Source of the DNA: an uncultured bacterium
GTDB taxonomy: Bacteria > Krumholzibacteriota > Krumholzibacteriia > LZORAL124-64-63
DNA: 64,000 nucleotides
Assembly (NCBI GenBank): GCA_963732385.1
Contig: CAVSZB010000007.1
Span: 1,025,685-1,089,684 of the forward strand
Direction of reading: 5' to 3'
Under the pieces are notes generated by a model. It saw only the letters and a list, made by a program, of their open reading frames with translations, was not told the origin of the DNA and ran no database searches. Position 1 is the first letter of the stretch. Each line of letters begins with the position of its first letter. Both the position numbers and the translations under genes were made by a program. Positions 45,766 through 57,670 of this stretch are shown here, piece after piece.

Positions 45766-47601
45766 TCACTTCGCCACCGGCTTGCCGGTCGGGTTTTCAA
45801 CCGGCGGCAAGGAGGTCAACTGCACCCAGGAGCGAGCCTTGTCGAGCCGGCGGGCGTGGACCTTCACCGGGAACTGCTGGCGCCACTCCGCGAGCATCTG
45901 CTGCAGCTTCTCCTCCTGGTGGCGCCGATTCAGGAAATCGCCCACTTCGTTGGCGACTTCGTCCAGCTCGCGCGCACGCGGCGCCACGATGCTGTCGACA
46001 CGGGCGACCGCCCAGGCTCGACCGAACTTGAAGACGGCCGACAGATCTCCCCGCGCCACCGCGAAGATCGGCTTGACATGCGAGCCCTCCGCGTTGGCGA
46101 GCACCGGACCGTAGTTGCCGCGATTCTGCCTGTTGGTCTGGTCGCTCGACCAGCGATTAAGCAACTCATCCCATGGCTTGCCGGCCGCCGCCTCGGTTCG
46201 TACCTGCTCGGCGATCTGTTCGCTCTCACAGAGAATGATTTTGCCGTAGCGCTGTTCCGGCAGGTCCAACTGGGCCCGGTTGTCGCGCCAGTAGGACGCC
46301 ACCTCCTCCGGCGACACCGACATGTCCTCCGGCACAACCTGATCGTGCAGGCGAGTGACGAGCATCTGCTCGCGCTTCTCGTTGACGAACGCATCGACAC
46401 GCGAATCGTCCAGAAAACCGCGCTCCCTGGCCTCCTCCTTCAGCAACTGCTGCTCGACAACCTGGGTGATTTTGAACCTGACCCCCCCCAGGAGTTCGGT
46501 GCGCTTGGGCCGCTCGAAGACGTTCAGCTTGTCGTAAAACTGTTTGTAGTCGCCCACCGTCCACGTTTCGAGCTTGTTATCGCGGCGCACCTGATAGAGA
46601 AACTTGTCGAAGTCTCCGAGCGGGATGTTGAGCGGCTTGAGCTCCTCGCGCGGGGTCGGTTTGTTGGTCGCGGGATCGATCATGACCTCGCTCTCCGGCA
46701 AACCCTGGAAAACGATCCAGAGCCCCGTCTCATCCAGCTTGAAGTCGTGCTTGCGCCGGCTATCCTCGAAGAACGTGCGCTGCGCGAGGTTCATCTTGCG
46801 GTTCCGAATGCTGTTGAGAACCTTCTCCTTGAACTCCCCCTCGAGGGGCTGCACCCGCACCGTATCGAGACGATCCACCCGCACCAGCCAATAGCCGTAC
46901 ACGGAGAGGTAGGGCTGGCTGATCTCCCCCTGCTTGAGGCTCCAGATGGCCCGCTCGAACGAGTCATCCATCCGACCCCACTGAAATTCGACCGTATAGT
47001 CGCCGGCCGGACCGCGGGAGCCATCGTTGTACTCGTCCGCCACGTCCTCCCACGGCTTCCCGGCGACGATCTCCTGGCGCGCCTTCAAAGCGTCATCGAG
47101 GAAATTGCAGATGATGAAGCTGCACTTCCGCTTGGTTTGCAGGTTGGCATAGTAATCGGCAAGTTCCGCGTCGGAAATCTGGCTGCCTGTCTTCTCGATC
47201 AGATCTTCTTTCATGACCTTGGTCGCCATGTATTCCCGCAGCGCCTTGGCGCCCTGGGAGACCTGCTGATCGGCACCCAGGCCGAGATCCTCCGCTTTCA
47301 GGGCCATGAGCTCTTTGTTGATGATCACATTGAGAAAGGCGAGCCGACCCTCGGGCGTGGCGGTATCGACGAGCTGACCCTTGTCATCGCGCGGCAGATC
47401 AATCTCCTGCAGCTTCGCGAGATTGCGTTCGTAATCGGCCTGGGTCACCGACTTGGGACCGACAGTGGCGACCACGTTCTTCTCAGGCGACCTGCTGCAC
47501 CCCCCTCCCGCCAGCGCGAGCAGGGCAACGAGCACGAGCAGGGTCAGCCGGACGGCAAAGGTGGACCGACCAGCCTGCGGATTCACTCGGCATACAGTCA
47601 T
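45766..47601 (-). CDS. lipoprotein peptidyl-prolyl isomerase, SurA/PpiD-like (lipobox LAGGGC plus parvulin domain)
   Basis: The start is [35 protein letters not shown]. The PpiC block is GPAGDYTVEFQWGRMDDSFERAIWSLKQGEISQPYLSVYGYWLV. Its ATG overlaps the mfd stop (ATGA). Confidence 0.7.
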   Translation of the reverse strand: MTVCRVNPQAGRSTFAVRLTLLVLVALLALAGGGCSRSPEKNVVATVGPKSVTQADYERNLAKLQEIDLPRDDKGQLVDTATPEGRLAFLNVIINKELMALKAEDLGLGADQQVSQGAKALREYMATKVMKEDLIEKTGSQISDAELADYYANLQTKRKCSFIICNFLDDALKARQEIVAGKPWEDVADEYNDGSRGPAGDYTVEFQWGRMDDSFERAIWSLKQGEISQPYLSVYGYWLVRVDRLDTVRVQPLEGEFKEKVLNSIRNRKMNLAQRTFFEDSRRKHDFKLDETGLWIVFQGLPESEVMIDPATNKPTPREELKPLNIPLGDFDKFLYQVRRDNKLETWTVGDYKQFYDKLNVFERPKRTELLGGVRFKITQVVEQQLLKEEARERGFLDDSRVDAFVNEKREQMLVTRLHDQVVPEDMSVSPEEVASYWRDNRAQLDLPEQRYGKIILCESEQIAEQVRTEAAAGKPWDELLNRWSSDQTNRQNRGNYGPVLANAEGSHVKPIFAVARGDLSAVFKFGRAWAVARVDSIVAPRARELDEVANEVGDFLNRRHQEEKLQQMLAEWRQQFPVKVHARRLDKARSWVQLTSLPPVENPTGKPVAK

Positions 47602-50600
47602 CGTTTCTCCTTGAAGGTCGGAATCCCGACCGAGCGCCCGCCGGGCATCTCCCCGGGCTCCGCCCGATGCAAACGGTCAAGCAGGTCGAGCACGGCATGC
47701 GCAGCCGCGAGCACCTGCTCGCGCGCCGCAGGAACCTTCATGACGAACTGATCGGCGGCCTTGAACATCAGGCCCTTCGGCCCGGTTCCCATCAAGCCAC
47801 GAATTATAGCTGGTGTGGGTTCCCTCCCGCCAGCGAAAAACAGGGCGATCCCGCCGCGCTCGGCGCGCACCTCCTCCACACCGCAGACGGCCGCCAGCAC
47901 CCTGACCCGCTGCACCCCCAGCAGATTCTCCACCTCGCCCGGCAGCGGGCCGTAACGATCGCGGAGCTCCTCGCGCAGTCGCGCGAAGTCGCGCCCCTCC
48001 CGCAGCCGCGCAAGCCGGCGGTAGAGGTCCATTTTCTGCTCCGGATCGCCGATCCAGTCGTCGGGCAGATAAGCCGCCAGCCGGAGATCGACCTTCACCT
48101 CGAGCGCGACCGCGCCGCCACCCCCCTTGAGTTCCAGAACCGTCTCCTCAAGCAGCCGGCAATACAGGTCGAATCCGATCGCCTCCATGTGACCGTGCTG
48201 CTCCTCGCCCAGCAGATTGCCCGCGCCGCGGATCTCCAGGTCGCGCATGGCGATATGATATCCGGACCCGAGCGCCTGGAACTCCTCGAGCGCAGCCAGC
48301 CGCCGGCGGGCCTCAGGGGTGAGCGCCTCGCCAGGCGGGGTCATCAGGTAGGCATAGGCGCGCTGGCTGGAGCGGCCGACCCGCCCGCGCAGCTGGTACA
48401 GTTGAGCCAGGCCGAGCCGGTCGGCGCGATCGATGACGATGGTATTGACGCGCGGCATGTCGAGACCCGATTCGATGATGGCCGTCGTGACCAGGACATC
48501 GAACTCGTGCGCCAGGAAGGCGGTCATGACCCGGTCGAGCCGGTCCTCGGGCAGTTGCCCGTGGGCGATGCCCAGGCGCACGCCCGGCACGATGTCGCGC
48601 ACCCGGGCCGCCGTGGCCTCGATGGTCTCGATGCGATTGTGCACGAAGAATACCTGCCCGCCCCGGTGCAGTTCGCGCAGGATCGCCTCAGCCAGCGTCT
48701 CCTCGCTGAACTGGCAGAGCTCGGTGTGGATCGGCAGCCGGTCGCGGGGCGGCGTGTTGATCACCGACATGTCGCGCGCGCCCATGAGCGCGAGGTAGAG
48801 CGTGCGCGGAATCGGCGTGGCGCTGAGCGTCATGACATCCACCAGCCGGCGCAGTTCCTTGAGCCGCTCCTTGTGCCGGACCCCGAAACGGTGTTCCTCG
48901 TCGATCACCAGCAGGCCCAGGTTGCGGAAACGCACGTCGCGCGAAAGCAGGCGATGCGTGCCGATCAGGATATCCACCCTGCCCTCACGGGCCGCTTCGG
49001 CCACCGCCTTCGCCTCGCGCGGGGACCGGAAACGGCTGAGGGTCTCCACGCGGACGGGAAAATCGCGGAAACGCTCCGCGAACGTATCCCCGTGCTGGCG
49101 GGCGAGAAGCGTGGTGGGACAGAGCACCGCCACCTGCCGCCCCGCCATGACCGCCTTGAAGGCGGCCCGCATGGCCACCTCGGTCTTGCCATAGCCGACA
49201 TCCCCGCAGACAAGACGGTCCATCGGCCGCGCCGACTCCATGTCGCGTTTGACGTCGTCGATGGCGGTGAGCTGGTCGGGGGTTTCGTCGTAGAGGAAGG
49301 AATCCTCGAGAGCCCTCTGCAGCGGGTCGTCGGGTGGAAAGGCGTGGCCCTCGAGCGCCTGGCGCGAGGCGTAGAGCTCGATCAGTTCCGCCGCCATCGC
49401 CCGGATCGCCTTGCGCGCCCGCTTCGTCACCCGCGTCCACTGGGCCGCGCCGAGCTTGCTCAGATCCGGATGCGCCTCGCTGTCGGACGTGAACCGCTCG
49501 ACCTGATCGATCTTGTCCACGGGGACGTAGACTCTGTCCCCCTCCGCATACTCGATGAGCAGGCACTCGCGCTCGGCGCCGTCGGCGGTGATGCGCCGCA
49601 GGCCGCGATAGACGCCGATCCCGTAATCGATGTGCACGACGAACTGGCCGCCCTGCAGGGCGCGGGCATCGCGGACGACGCCTGCCGCCTGGCGACGCGC
49701 GCGCGCCGGGCGCTGGTAGCGCTCGAAGAACTCGTGATCGGTGAAGCAGGCGAGGCCCGCCTCGGGCCACAGGAAGCCGCCCGACACCGCGCCCACGGCG
49801 GGGCGCGACGTCAGGGAACCGCCGTCGGTCTCATCGAGCAGTTCGCCGAGGCGCTCCGCCTGGCCGGCATTGTCGCAGAGCATCAGGACCCGTTCACCGG
49901 CCGCCTCGCGTCGGGCAACTTCCGCGTGGAGACGCCGCACGTCGCCGCCGCGCAGATCGGGCCGCGCCGTGGCGAACCGCACCTCGGCCGACGGGGCGCC
50001 CAGGAGCCAGTGCCCGCTCGTATCGCCCGCGATCCACGCTCCGGTCACGAGGACATGCGGACGCGCGGCGTCGGCCAGCGCGGCGGGCGGGGCCACCAGT
50101 TCGTCCGGTTCGGGCAGCGCCGGATCGCGCCGGAGACGCACCTCGCGCGACCGCGGCAATTCGGCGTCGAGCAGCTCCGACTGGGCGCCGAGCGAGACCG
50201 GATCGAGCCAGAAGACCGGGGCGCCGGCCGACAGGTGATCGGTCAGCAGGGCCGTCGGACCGAACCAGGGCAGGAACGCCTCCAGCCCCTCGCCATGCCC
50301 CCGATCCTCGAGATGCGCCTCGAGGTCGGCCCGTTCGCCGGCGTCCAGATCGGCGGCGACCGCAGCCGACTCCGCGCGCGCGAGCGCCGACAGACGCGCG
50401 TCGTCGTCCAGGACCAGATGGCTGACCGGCAGAATGCGGACCGTGTCGAACCGGTCCACCGAGCGCTGCGATTCCACGTCGAAGGTGCGCAGCGAAACGA
50501 TTTCGTCGTCGAAGAACTCCAGTCGCAGCGGACGTCCGCCGGGTGCGTACAGGTCGATCAGACCGCCGCGCCGCGCCAGATCGCCCGGCCGCGCCACCAG

Positions 50601-51122
50601 GCCGGCGCTCCGGTAGCCGCGTGCGGTGAGGCGGGCGCACAGATCGTCGCGATCGTGTCGCTCGCCCACCGCCAGTTCGATCGCCGCCGCGGCCAGGCCC
50701 GCCGGCGACATGACGCGCTGGCGCACGCCGTACAGCGAGGTCACCGCCAGTCGCGCCGGTCCCCGCGCGAGACGATCGAGGCCGTCGAGGAAGAGTCCGA
50801 CGCCATCCGGGTCGGGCGACTGCCGGTCGAAGGCGAGTACCTCCTGCTGCGGAAGGTAGACGACCGCCTCCGATCCCAGCCACTCCTCCAGATCGTCGGC
50901 CAGCCCCTGCGCCAGCTCGCGCGTCGGCGCGACCAGCAAAGCGGCGCGGGGCGCGGACCGCCACCAGGCGGCCAGCAACAGCGGCGCAGCACCCCCGTGG
51001 AGTCCCGACAAAAGGACCGCCGTCCCGCCCGGCGCGCCAGGCGGCGCCACCACGGACCGCACCCGCGCGACGCTCCCGGCCAGCGCCTCGTCGGGCAGCA
51101 GTCGTCCCAGCAGCCCGCTCAA
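47598..51122 (-). CDS. mfd: transcription-repair coupling factor
   Basis: It has UvrB-homology N-terminal domains, an RNAP-interaction domain, helicase motifs ([19 protein letters not shown], the TRG motif region) and a C-terminal autoinhibitory domain. The most likely start is TTG about 51122 overlapping the pspC-domain gene stop. The track start 51545 reads through nifS and pspC in another frame. Confidence 0.85.
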   Translation of the reverse strand: MSGLLGRLLPDEALAGSVARVRSVVAPPGAPGGTAVLLSGLHGGAAPLLLAAWWRSAPRAALLVAPTRELAQGLADDLEEWLGSEAVVYLPQQEVLAFDRQSPDPDGVGLFLDGLDRLARGPARLAVTSLYGVRQRVMSPAGLAAAAIELAVGERHDRDDLCARLTARGYRSAGLVARPGDLARRGGLIDLYAPGGRPLRLEFFDDEIVSLRTFDVESQRSVDRFDTVRILPVSHLVLDDDARLSALARAESAAVAADLDAGERADLEAHLEDRGHGEGLEAFLPWFGPTALLTDHLSAGAPVFWLDPVSLGAQSELLDAELPRSREVRLRRDPALPEPDELVAPPAALADAARPHVLVTGAWIAGDTSGHWLLGAPSAEVRFATARPDLRGGDVRRLHAEVARREAAGERVLMLCDNAGQAERLGELLDETDGGSLTSRPAVGAVSGGFLWPEAGLACFTDHEFFERYQRPARARRQAAGVVRDARALQGGQFVVHIDYGIGVYRGLRRITADGAERECLLIEYAEGDRVYVPVDKIDQVERFTSDSEAHPDLSKLGAAQWTRVTKRARKAIRAMAAELIELYASRQALEGHAFPPDDPLQRALEDSFLYDETPDQLTAIDDVKRDMESARPMDRLVCGDVGYGKTEVAMRAAFKAVMAGRQVAVLCPTTLLARQHGDTFAERFRDFPVRVETLSRFRSPREAKAVAEAAREGRVDILIGTHRLLSRDVRFRNLGLLVIDEEHRFGVRHKERLKELRRLVDVMTLSATPIPRTLYLALMGARDMSVINTPPRDRLPIHTELCQFSEETLAEAILRELHRGGQVFFVHNRIETIEATAARVRDIVPGVRLGIAHGQLPEDRLDRVMTAFLAHEFDVLVTTAIIESGLDMPRVNTIVIDRADRLGLAQLYQLRGRVGRSSQRAYAYLMTPPGEALTPEARRRLAALEEFQALGSGYHIAMRDLEIRGAGNLLGEEQHGHMEAIGFDLYCRLLEETVLELKGGGGAVALEVKVDLRLAAYLPDDWIGDPEQKMDLYRRLARLREGRDFARLREELRDRYGPLPGEVENLLGVQRVRVLAAVCGVEEVRAERGGIALFFAGGREPTPAIIRGLMGTGPKGLMFKAADQFVMKVPAAREQVLAAAHAVLDLLDRLHRAEPGEMPGGRSVGIPTFKEKR

Positions 51123-51325
51123 TCGCTTGCCGCCGCCGGCAGGGCGGTCCAGAAGATGAGGTAGACGAGCAGTCCGGGCAAAAGCAGGGAAAGGATGGTC
51201 AGCGCCACCCAGCCGGCGCGCACGATCGCGGGCGAAGCGCCGAAGTAGGCGGCCAGGCCGCCGCAGACGCCGCCGATGAGGCGGTCCGCGGAGCGATGCA
51301 GCTTTCTCTCCCCGTCGCCGACCAC
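51119..51325 (-). CDS. PspC-domain small membrane protein (68 aa)
   Basis: It has the RSADRLIGGVCGGLAAYFGASPAIVRAGWVALTIL signature of the phage-shock-protein-C domain, followed by one TM helix. Confidence 0.6.
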   Translation of the reverse strand: MVGDGERKLHRSADRLIGGVCGGLAAYFGASPAIVRAGWVALTILSLLLPGLLVYLIFWTALPAAASD

Positions 51326-51343
51326 AGCGCCTCCTGGGGACGG

Positions 51344-52594
51344 TCAGAACGTCGCGCGCTGGCGTCCGAACGGGGTGATCGCGCGCAACCGCTCCACCAC
51401 GCGCGGCACGACCGCCGCGACATGGTCGATCTCCTCGCGCGTGTTGTAGCGGCTCAGCGAGAAGCGCACGGAGCCATGCGCCGACGTGAACGGGATGCCC
51501 ATCGCCTTCAGCACATGCGACGGCTCGAGACTGCCCGAGGTGCACGCCGAACCGCTGGAGGCACCGATACCGACGCGGTCCATCAGCAACAGGATCCCCT
51601 CGCCCTCGATGAAATCGAAGCTGACGTTGCAGGTGTTGGACAGGCGGCGCGCGCGATCGCCGTTCACGCGGCAGTCGGGCACGGCCGCCAGCAGCGCCGC
51701 CTCGAGACGGTCGCGCAGTTCGCGCACCTGGCCGTTCTCCTCGCCGAGGCTCTGTCCGGCCAGCACACAGGCGGCGCCGAAGCCGACGATGCCCGGCACG
51801 TTCTCCGTGCCGGCGCGACGCCCGCGCTCCTGGTGCCCGCCCATGATCAGGGGCCGCAGCTTGGTTCCCTTGCGCACGTACAGCGCGCCGACCCCCTTGG
51901 GACCGTGCAGCTTGTGCCCGGAGAGCGCAAGCAGGTCGATCGTCGAAGCCTGCATGTCCAGGGGCAGCTTGCCCGCGGCCTGCACGGCGTCGACATGGAA
52001 GACCGCGCCGGCCTCCTTCACGATCCGGCCCAGTTCCTCCACGGGGAAGACCACGCCGGTTTCGTTGTTGGCGGCCATGACCGACACCAGCGCCGTGTCG
52101 GGACGGAGCGCCCGGCGCAGTTCGTCCGGATCGAGCGCCCCCGACCCGTCCACGTCGAGCCAGCTCACCGCGTAGCCGTGACGGCCTTCGAGTTCACGGC
52201 AGAGACCGAGCACGGCCGGATGTTCCACCTTCGTCGTGACGAGGTGCTTCCGGTCGGGGTAGGCGCGAAGGGTGCCCCAGATGGCCAGGCTGTCGCTTTC
52301 GGACCCACCCGCGGTGAACACGATCTCGCCCGGCGTCGCGGCGCCGATCAGCGCCGCCACCCGGCCGCGCGCCTCGATCACGCCCTGCTCGGCCAGGGAA
52401 CCGAAATGGTGCATGCTCGACGGATTGCCGTACCGCTCGGTGAAGTACGGCAGCATCGCCGCGAGCGCCTCGGGCGCAACCTGCGTCGTGGCGTTGTTGT
52501 CCAGATAGACCCCGTTCGCGGGCGCGGGAGGCAGACCGTCGAGCAGGCTGAAACCGCCCGGCGTCCGGACGCCACCGTCAGGATCCGAATTCAT
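51344..52594 (-). CDS. nifS: cysteine desulfurase (NifS/IscS class I)
   Basis: It has VYLDNNATTQVAPE, the PLP-lysine region SGHKLHGPKGVGALYV, and the active-site Cys loop SSGSACTSGS. The start is either the track ATG at 52594 (ATGA overlap with nifU) or an internal GTG near 52510. Confidence 0.85.
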   Translation of the reverse strand: MNSDPDGGVRTPGGFSLLDGLPPAPANGVYLDNNATTQVAPEALAAMLPYFTERYGNPSSMHHFGSLAEQGVIEARGRVAALIGAATPGEIVFTAGGSESDSLAIWGTLRAYPDRKHLVTTKVEHPAVLGLCRELEGRHGYAVSWLDVDGSGALDPDELRRALRPDTALVSVMAANNETGVVFPVEELGRIVKEAGAVFHVDAVQAAGKLPLDMQASTIDLLALSGHKLHGPKGVGALYVRKGTKLRPLIMGGHQERGRRAGTENVPGIVGFGAACVLAGQSLGEENGQVRELRDRLEAALLAAVPDCRVNGDRARRLSNTCNVSFDFIEGEGILLLMDRVGIGASSGSACTSGSLEPSHVLKAMGIPFTSAHGSVRFSLSRYNTREEIDHVAAVVPRVVERLRAITPFGRQRATF

Positions 52595-53460
52595 GACTTC
52601 ACCTCGATGACATCCACCTCGTCGCCGAGATGTTCACGCAGCTGACTCTCCACCCAGCCCTTGATGGTGGCCTGCGACGCCGGGCAGCTGGCGCAGGTGC
52701 CGATGAGGCGAACGAACACCTCGTGCCCGCGCACCTCGACCAGTTCGATGTCGCCGCCGTCGTTGCGCAGCGCGCGCGCGATGTCGTGCTCGATGACTTC
52801 GCGGATGCGGGCCTCCCTCGCCGGCGGCGCCAGCGGCAACGCGCCGGGCACCGCCCCGCCACCGCTGGCGGCCTCCTGGTCCAGCTTCTCCCAGAACTCG
52901 TCGATGAGATGCCGAATCTCCGGATGACAGTCCTGGCAGCCGCCGCCCGCTTTCGTGTAGTGCGTCACGTCTTCGATGGTCCGCAGGCGGTTCTGCCTGA
53001 CGGCGTGGCGGATCGTGTCCCGCTCAACCTGGTAGCAGTGGCAGACCAGCACGCCCTGGGAGAGCAGTTCGCACGGGACCTGCTTCCCCTGCCGCTTGTA
53101 GTAATCGATCATGGCGGCCTCGAGCGCTTCGCGCCCCATGACCGAGCAGTGCATCTTCTCACGGGGCAGCCCGCCCAGTTCGCCGGCGATGTCCTCGTTC
53201 GTGATTCGCGCGGCCTCCTCAAGCGTCTTCCCCCTGAGCATCTCCGTGAGGATGGACGAAGAGGCGATGGCGCTGCCGCAGCCGAAGGTCTGGAACTTCA
53301 CTTCGGCGATCCGGCCCGCGTCGTCGAGCCGGAACGAAAGGCGCAGGGCATCGCCGCAGGCCATCGACCCGACCTCGCCCACGCCGTCGGCGTTCTCGAC
53401 CGTGCCGACGTTGCGCGGATTGAAGAAGTGGTCGTAGACCTGATCGCTGTACTTCCACAT
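52591..53460 (-). CDS. nifU: three-domain NifU Fe-S cluster scaffold (IscU-like N-terminus, central [2Fe-2S] BFD-like domain, C-terminal NifU/Nfu domain)
   Basis: It is 289 aa and starts MWKYSDQVYDHFFNPRNVG. The three IscU Cys are present (ACGD..., FGCGSAI, HCS). The central region reads CHCYQV...CQDC. The C-terminal part has CASCP. The track ORF to 53919 is an N-terminal artefact. Confidence 0.85.
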   Translation of the reverse strand: MWKYSDQVYDHFFNPRNVGTVENADGVGEVGSMACGDALRLSFRLDDAGRIAEVKFQTFGCGSAIASSSILTEMLRGKTLEEAARITNEDIAGELGGLPREKMHCSVMGREALEAAMIDYYKRQGKQVPCELLSQGVLVCHCYQVERDTIRHAVRQNRLRTIEDVTHYTKAGGGCQDCHPEIRHLIDEFWEKLDQEAASGGGAVPGALPLAPPAREARIREVIEHDIARALRNDGGDIELVEVRGHEVFVRLIGTCASCPASQATIKGWVESQLREHLGDEVDVIEVKS

Positions 53461-53585
53461 GAGGCCGGTGATCCTCTCGCGGGGCGGAATGGGCAGGCGC
53501 GCGAACCGGCGCCGCAGCGCACGGGCGCGGGCGGCCAGCCGACAGCGGACGGACCAGGCTAACCTAAGCGCAAACCACGCGTCGA

Positions 53586-55754
53586 TCAAGCGGTGCGGGA
53601 CGCGCCGCCGCCGCGCGAAACGACCGACTCCGCCATCAGCAGGCCGAGCGCCAGCAGCAGGCACCAGGGAGTCAGATCGCGCCCGGCGAACGCGCTCCCG
53701 AGTCGCCCGGCCGGCAGGGCGGCAAGAGCGTGGGCCGGCAGGCCGGCGGAGGCCGCGAGGGCGGTGCGGAACGCGGCCGGTTCCCAGACCTCCGGATCCC
53801 CTTCGGCCGACGGCGGCGCCACCGCCACCAGCCCCAGGGTCTCGGCGCCGGCGGTGAAGATGTGGAAACCGCGCCGCAGCGCCGGCGCTCCCGCCAGCCA
53901 CGGTTTCTCCCCGCGCCACACGAGACGGGCCATCGCGTCCCGTTCACCCGGGAACGACCGCGGCGCCAGGATCCGCAACCGCGCCGGATCGGCCGCCAGC
54001 CCCGCTACCACGGCGCCCCGTGGCAGACGCAGCGCCGGCGTTTCCCCGACCATGATGTCCCCGCCCCCCTCCCCGCCCGGAGCGGCCAGCCAGGCGACCA
54101 GTCGCTGTGCGAGCGGGAGAAACATCGGCGAGAGCGGCAGATCGCTCGCCGAAGGAGACAGATCGGCGGACAGCACTGCGAGCGTGCCCGCGCCCAGACG
54201 TCGCTCCGTGAGCAGAGGCGCCCGTCCCGCCAGCGCCAGCAGGACCTGGCCCGAATCCCCCTCGTCCAGCGTGAAGAACCGGCGCCACCGCACCTCCTGC
54301 AGCGTGGCGAGCGCCTCATCCCCGAAACCGGCGAACAGCGGATGCGACGGGGTCGGGATCAGCGCCCGCTCCTGCGCCGCCGCTTCGCGGACCGTCCAGT
54401 CAGCCCGCCCCGGCAGGCCGAGCCCTGGCAGGAGATGTGCAGCCCACTCGCGGGCCAGCGTCGGGTCGCCCAGGAGGAACAGGGCCCCGCCCCCCGCCTC
54501 CAGCCAGTCACGCAGGCCCGCGGCCAGCAGCGGACCGAGAGGACCGGGGTTCACGAAGCAGACAACGTCGGTGTCCGCCAGATCGCCCGCGCCGACGGTG
54601 CCGTCGCCCACGTCCCGCACGCTAAAGAGAGCCGGCGGGACCGGCGCGGCGGCAGCGTCCGGCCCCGGGTCAAGCGCGCGCGCCAAAAAACGCCACCCGC
54701 CGCGCCCGGCCGGTTCGTCGCGATCGGGGCCATGCACGACGAGCACGTCGAGACGCTCGCGCACGGTCAGCGTGAACGGCCGCTCGTCATCCACCGGCAG
54801 GCGATCGCTCCGCTTGATGACCCGTCCGCGGTGCCGTCCGGCGGCCGGCGCCGTGAGCGGGAACTCCACACGCACCAGGGCGCCGTCCGCCCCCTGCGCC
54901 ACCGCTTCGGCGACGCGCTGCCCGTCCACCTCGAGCAGACAGACCTCCGGGGCGTGCTCCACCCGCACCTCCGCCACCACGCGCAACGCCTCGCCCGCAC
55001 GCAGGGCGCGCAGCGGGAGGGCCACGGCGCGCACGCCACCGTTGGGCGTTTCCCGACCGACCGGCCGCACGAGCAGTCGCGGACCGCCGCCCCTGGTCAG
55101 CGCCCGCCCCGCCCCGCCGAGCGCCACGCTGTCGGGCAGGACCGCCGAACGCTGCAGATCGGAGAAGAGGACGATTTCGGCCGGCGTGTACCGCGCGGAA
55201 GCGGCCCAGCGCACCGCCTCGCGCAACGCCGCCGCCAGATCACAGGCGCCATCCGTGGGCGCCACGGCGGCGAGCGCCGGTCCCACCGCGAGGGTCGCCG
55301 GCAGCCAGTCGGCCAACAGGGTCCGCGGCGCCGGGCCGGCGAGCACCACCTGCAGCTCGCTGCCGGCGGGGAGGCCCCGGGCCAGCTCGTCGACCGCCCG
55401 CACGGCCGCCGCGAAGCGGGTGCCGCCATCCTCCTGCGTCTGCATCGAGGCGCTCGCGTCGAGCAGGCAGACGACCGACAGCGCGCCGCTGGCCGTGCGC
55501 GCCATCCCGGCCAGGCGTGGCCGCGCCGCCGCCGCGACGATCGCCAGGATCGCCAGCACGCGCAGCAACAGCAGCAACCACCGCCGCAAAGCCACGCGCC
55601 GCGCCCGCCGCGCCTGCCCCGCCTCCAGGAAGCGCAGATCGCTGAAGGCGATCTGGCGGGGACGCCGCCGCTGCCAGAGGTGCAGCACGATCGGCACGGC
55701 CGCCACGAGCGCGCCCCACCAGAGGCCAGGATTGAGAAAAACGAACGGTCCCAC
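53586..55754 (-). CDS. BatA-like protein: N-terminal double-TM aerotolerance-regulator domain plus von Willebrand factor A domain, with an unusually long C-terminal extension (722 aa)
   Basis: It starts MGPFVFLNPGLWWGALVAAVPIVLHLWQRRRP...FSDLRFLE, a second TM follows, then the vWA MIDAS context VVCLLDASASM. Confidence 0.7.
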   Translation of the reverse strand: MGPFVFLNPGLWWGALVAAVPIVLHLWQRRRPRQIAFSDLRFLEAGQARRARRVALRRWLLLLLRVLAILAIVAAAARPRLAGMARTASGALSVVCLLDASASMQTQEDGGTRFAAAVRAVDELARGLPAGSELQVVLAGPAPRTLLADWLPATLAVGPALAAVAPTDGACDLAAALREAVRWAASARYTPAEIVLFSDLQRSAVLPDSVALGGAGRALTRGGGPRLLVRPVGRETPNGGVRAVALPLRALRAGEALRVVAEVRVEHAPEVCLLEVDGQRVAEAVAQGADGALVRVEFPLTAPAAGRHRGRVIKRSDRLPVDDERPFTLTVRERLDVLVVHGPDRDEPAGRGGWRFLARALDPGPDAAAAPVPPALFSVRDVGDGTVGAGDLADTDVVCFVNPGPLGPLLAAGLRDWLEAGGGALFLLGDPTLAREWAAHLLPGLGLPGRADWTVREAAAQERALIPTPSHPLFAGFGDEALATLQEVRWRRFFTLDEGDSGQVLLALAGRAPLLTERRLGAGTLAVLSADLSPSASDLPLSPMFLPLAQRLVAWLAAPGGEGGGDIMVGETPALRLPRGAVVAGLAADPARLRILAPRSFPGERDAMARLVWRGEKPWLAGAPALRRGFHIFTAGAETLGLVAVAPPSAEGDPEVWEPAAFRTALAASAGLPAHALAALPAGRLGSAFAGRDLTPWCLLLALGLLMAESVVSRGGGASRTA

Positions 55755-55787
55755 GTCACGTCCCCGTGCCGGCGGGCAGGCCGGCGG

Positions 55788-56680
55788 TCACACCAGTCGA
55801 CGGCGCCGGCCGAGGAACGCGTGCAGCGCGCTCTCCAGCGGCGCCTCTGTCCCCACCTCGACCAGGTCCACCAGGTGGCGGCGACACTCGCGGCGCAGGC
55901 CGTCCCGCCAGGCGTCGAACCTGACCCGGTACTCGGCCGCCGCCAGGGCCGGTTCGACCCGCACCTTCCGCCCCGGGTGCTCCAGGTCGGTCAGCTCCAG
56001 TTCGCGGCGGAAGTCGAGGTCGCGCTCGCGCGGGTCGAGCAGGTGGAAAACGACCACCTCGTGGCCGCGGTGCCGGAAGTGCTTCAGCCCCGACAGCACC
56101 TCGGCCGGCTCGTCCAGCAGATCGGAGAAGAGCACGATCAACCCGCGGCGGTGCACCCGCTCCGCCACGCCGTGCAGGACCGGACCGAGGCGCGTGCCGG
56201 CCCCCTGCGGCGCCGCCTCGAGTTCCCGCAGGATCTGGAACAGCTGCCGCCGCACCGAGCGGGCCGGCACGATCGCCAGCGGTTTCTCGTCGAAGGTGAC
56301 CAGGCCGACGGCGTCGTTCTGGCGCAGCAGCAGGTAGGCGAACGAGGCCGCCAGCAGGCGCGCATACGCCAGCTTGGTCGGACGCTCCGGATCGGAGGTG
56401 AACGCCATGCTCGCCGAACAGTCGAGCAGCAGGGTCGCGCGGAGATTCGTCTCCTCGGCAAAGACCTTCAGGTAGTGGCGATCGCTGCGGGCGTAGAGCC
56501 GCCAGTCGAGGTGGGTGGTCGGTTCGCCCGGGATGTACTGGCGATACTCGGCGAACTCCACGGAGAAGCCGTGGTACGGACTCCTGTGCCGGCCGGTGAG
56601 GAAGCCCTCCACGACGAGCCGCGCCACGAGGTCGAGCCGCCCCAGACGGCTCGCCAGCTCCGGCGTCAGCAGGGGCCTCG

Positions 56681-56684
<4 letters not shown>
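55788..56684 (-). CDS. DUF58-family protein (MoxR-associated vWA-like)
   Basis: It has the GFLTGRHRSPYHGFSVEFAEYRQYIPGEP...LLLDCSASMAF blocks. I place the start at a GTG overlapping the moxR stop by 4 nt. The track Met at 56867 would overlap moxR by 187 nt. Confidence 0.75.

Positions 56685-57670
<986 letters not shown>

Noticed and set aside
51123-51545. The track places the mfd start at 51545, giving a 1315-aa protein.
   Set aside because: The first ~140 codons read through the pspC-domain gene and the 3' end of nifS in another frame and are Arg-rich junk. A TTG at about 51122, overlapping the upstream stop, gives a normal ~1175-aa Mfd.
53461-53919. The track ORF 52591..53919 puts a 150-aa N-terminal extension (MARGETVAGG...) on NifU.
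   Set aside because: It is Arg/Ala/Gly-rich and runs into the BatA-like gene 3' end. NifU homology begins exactly at MWKYSDQVYDHFFNP, and the ATG is at 53460.
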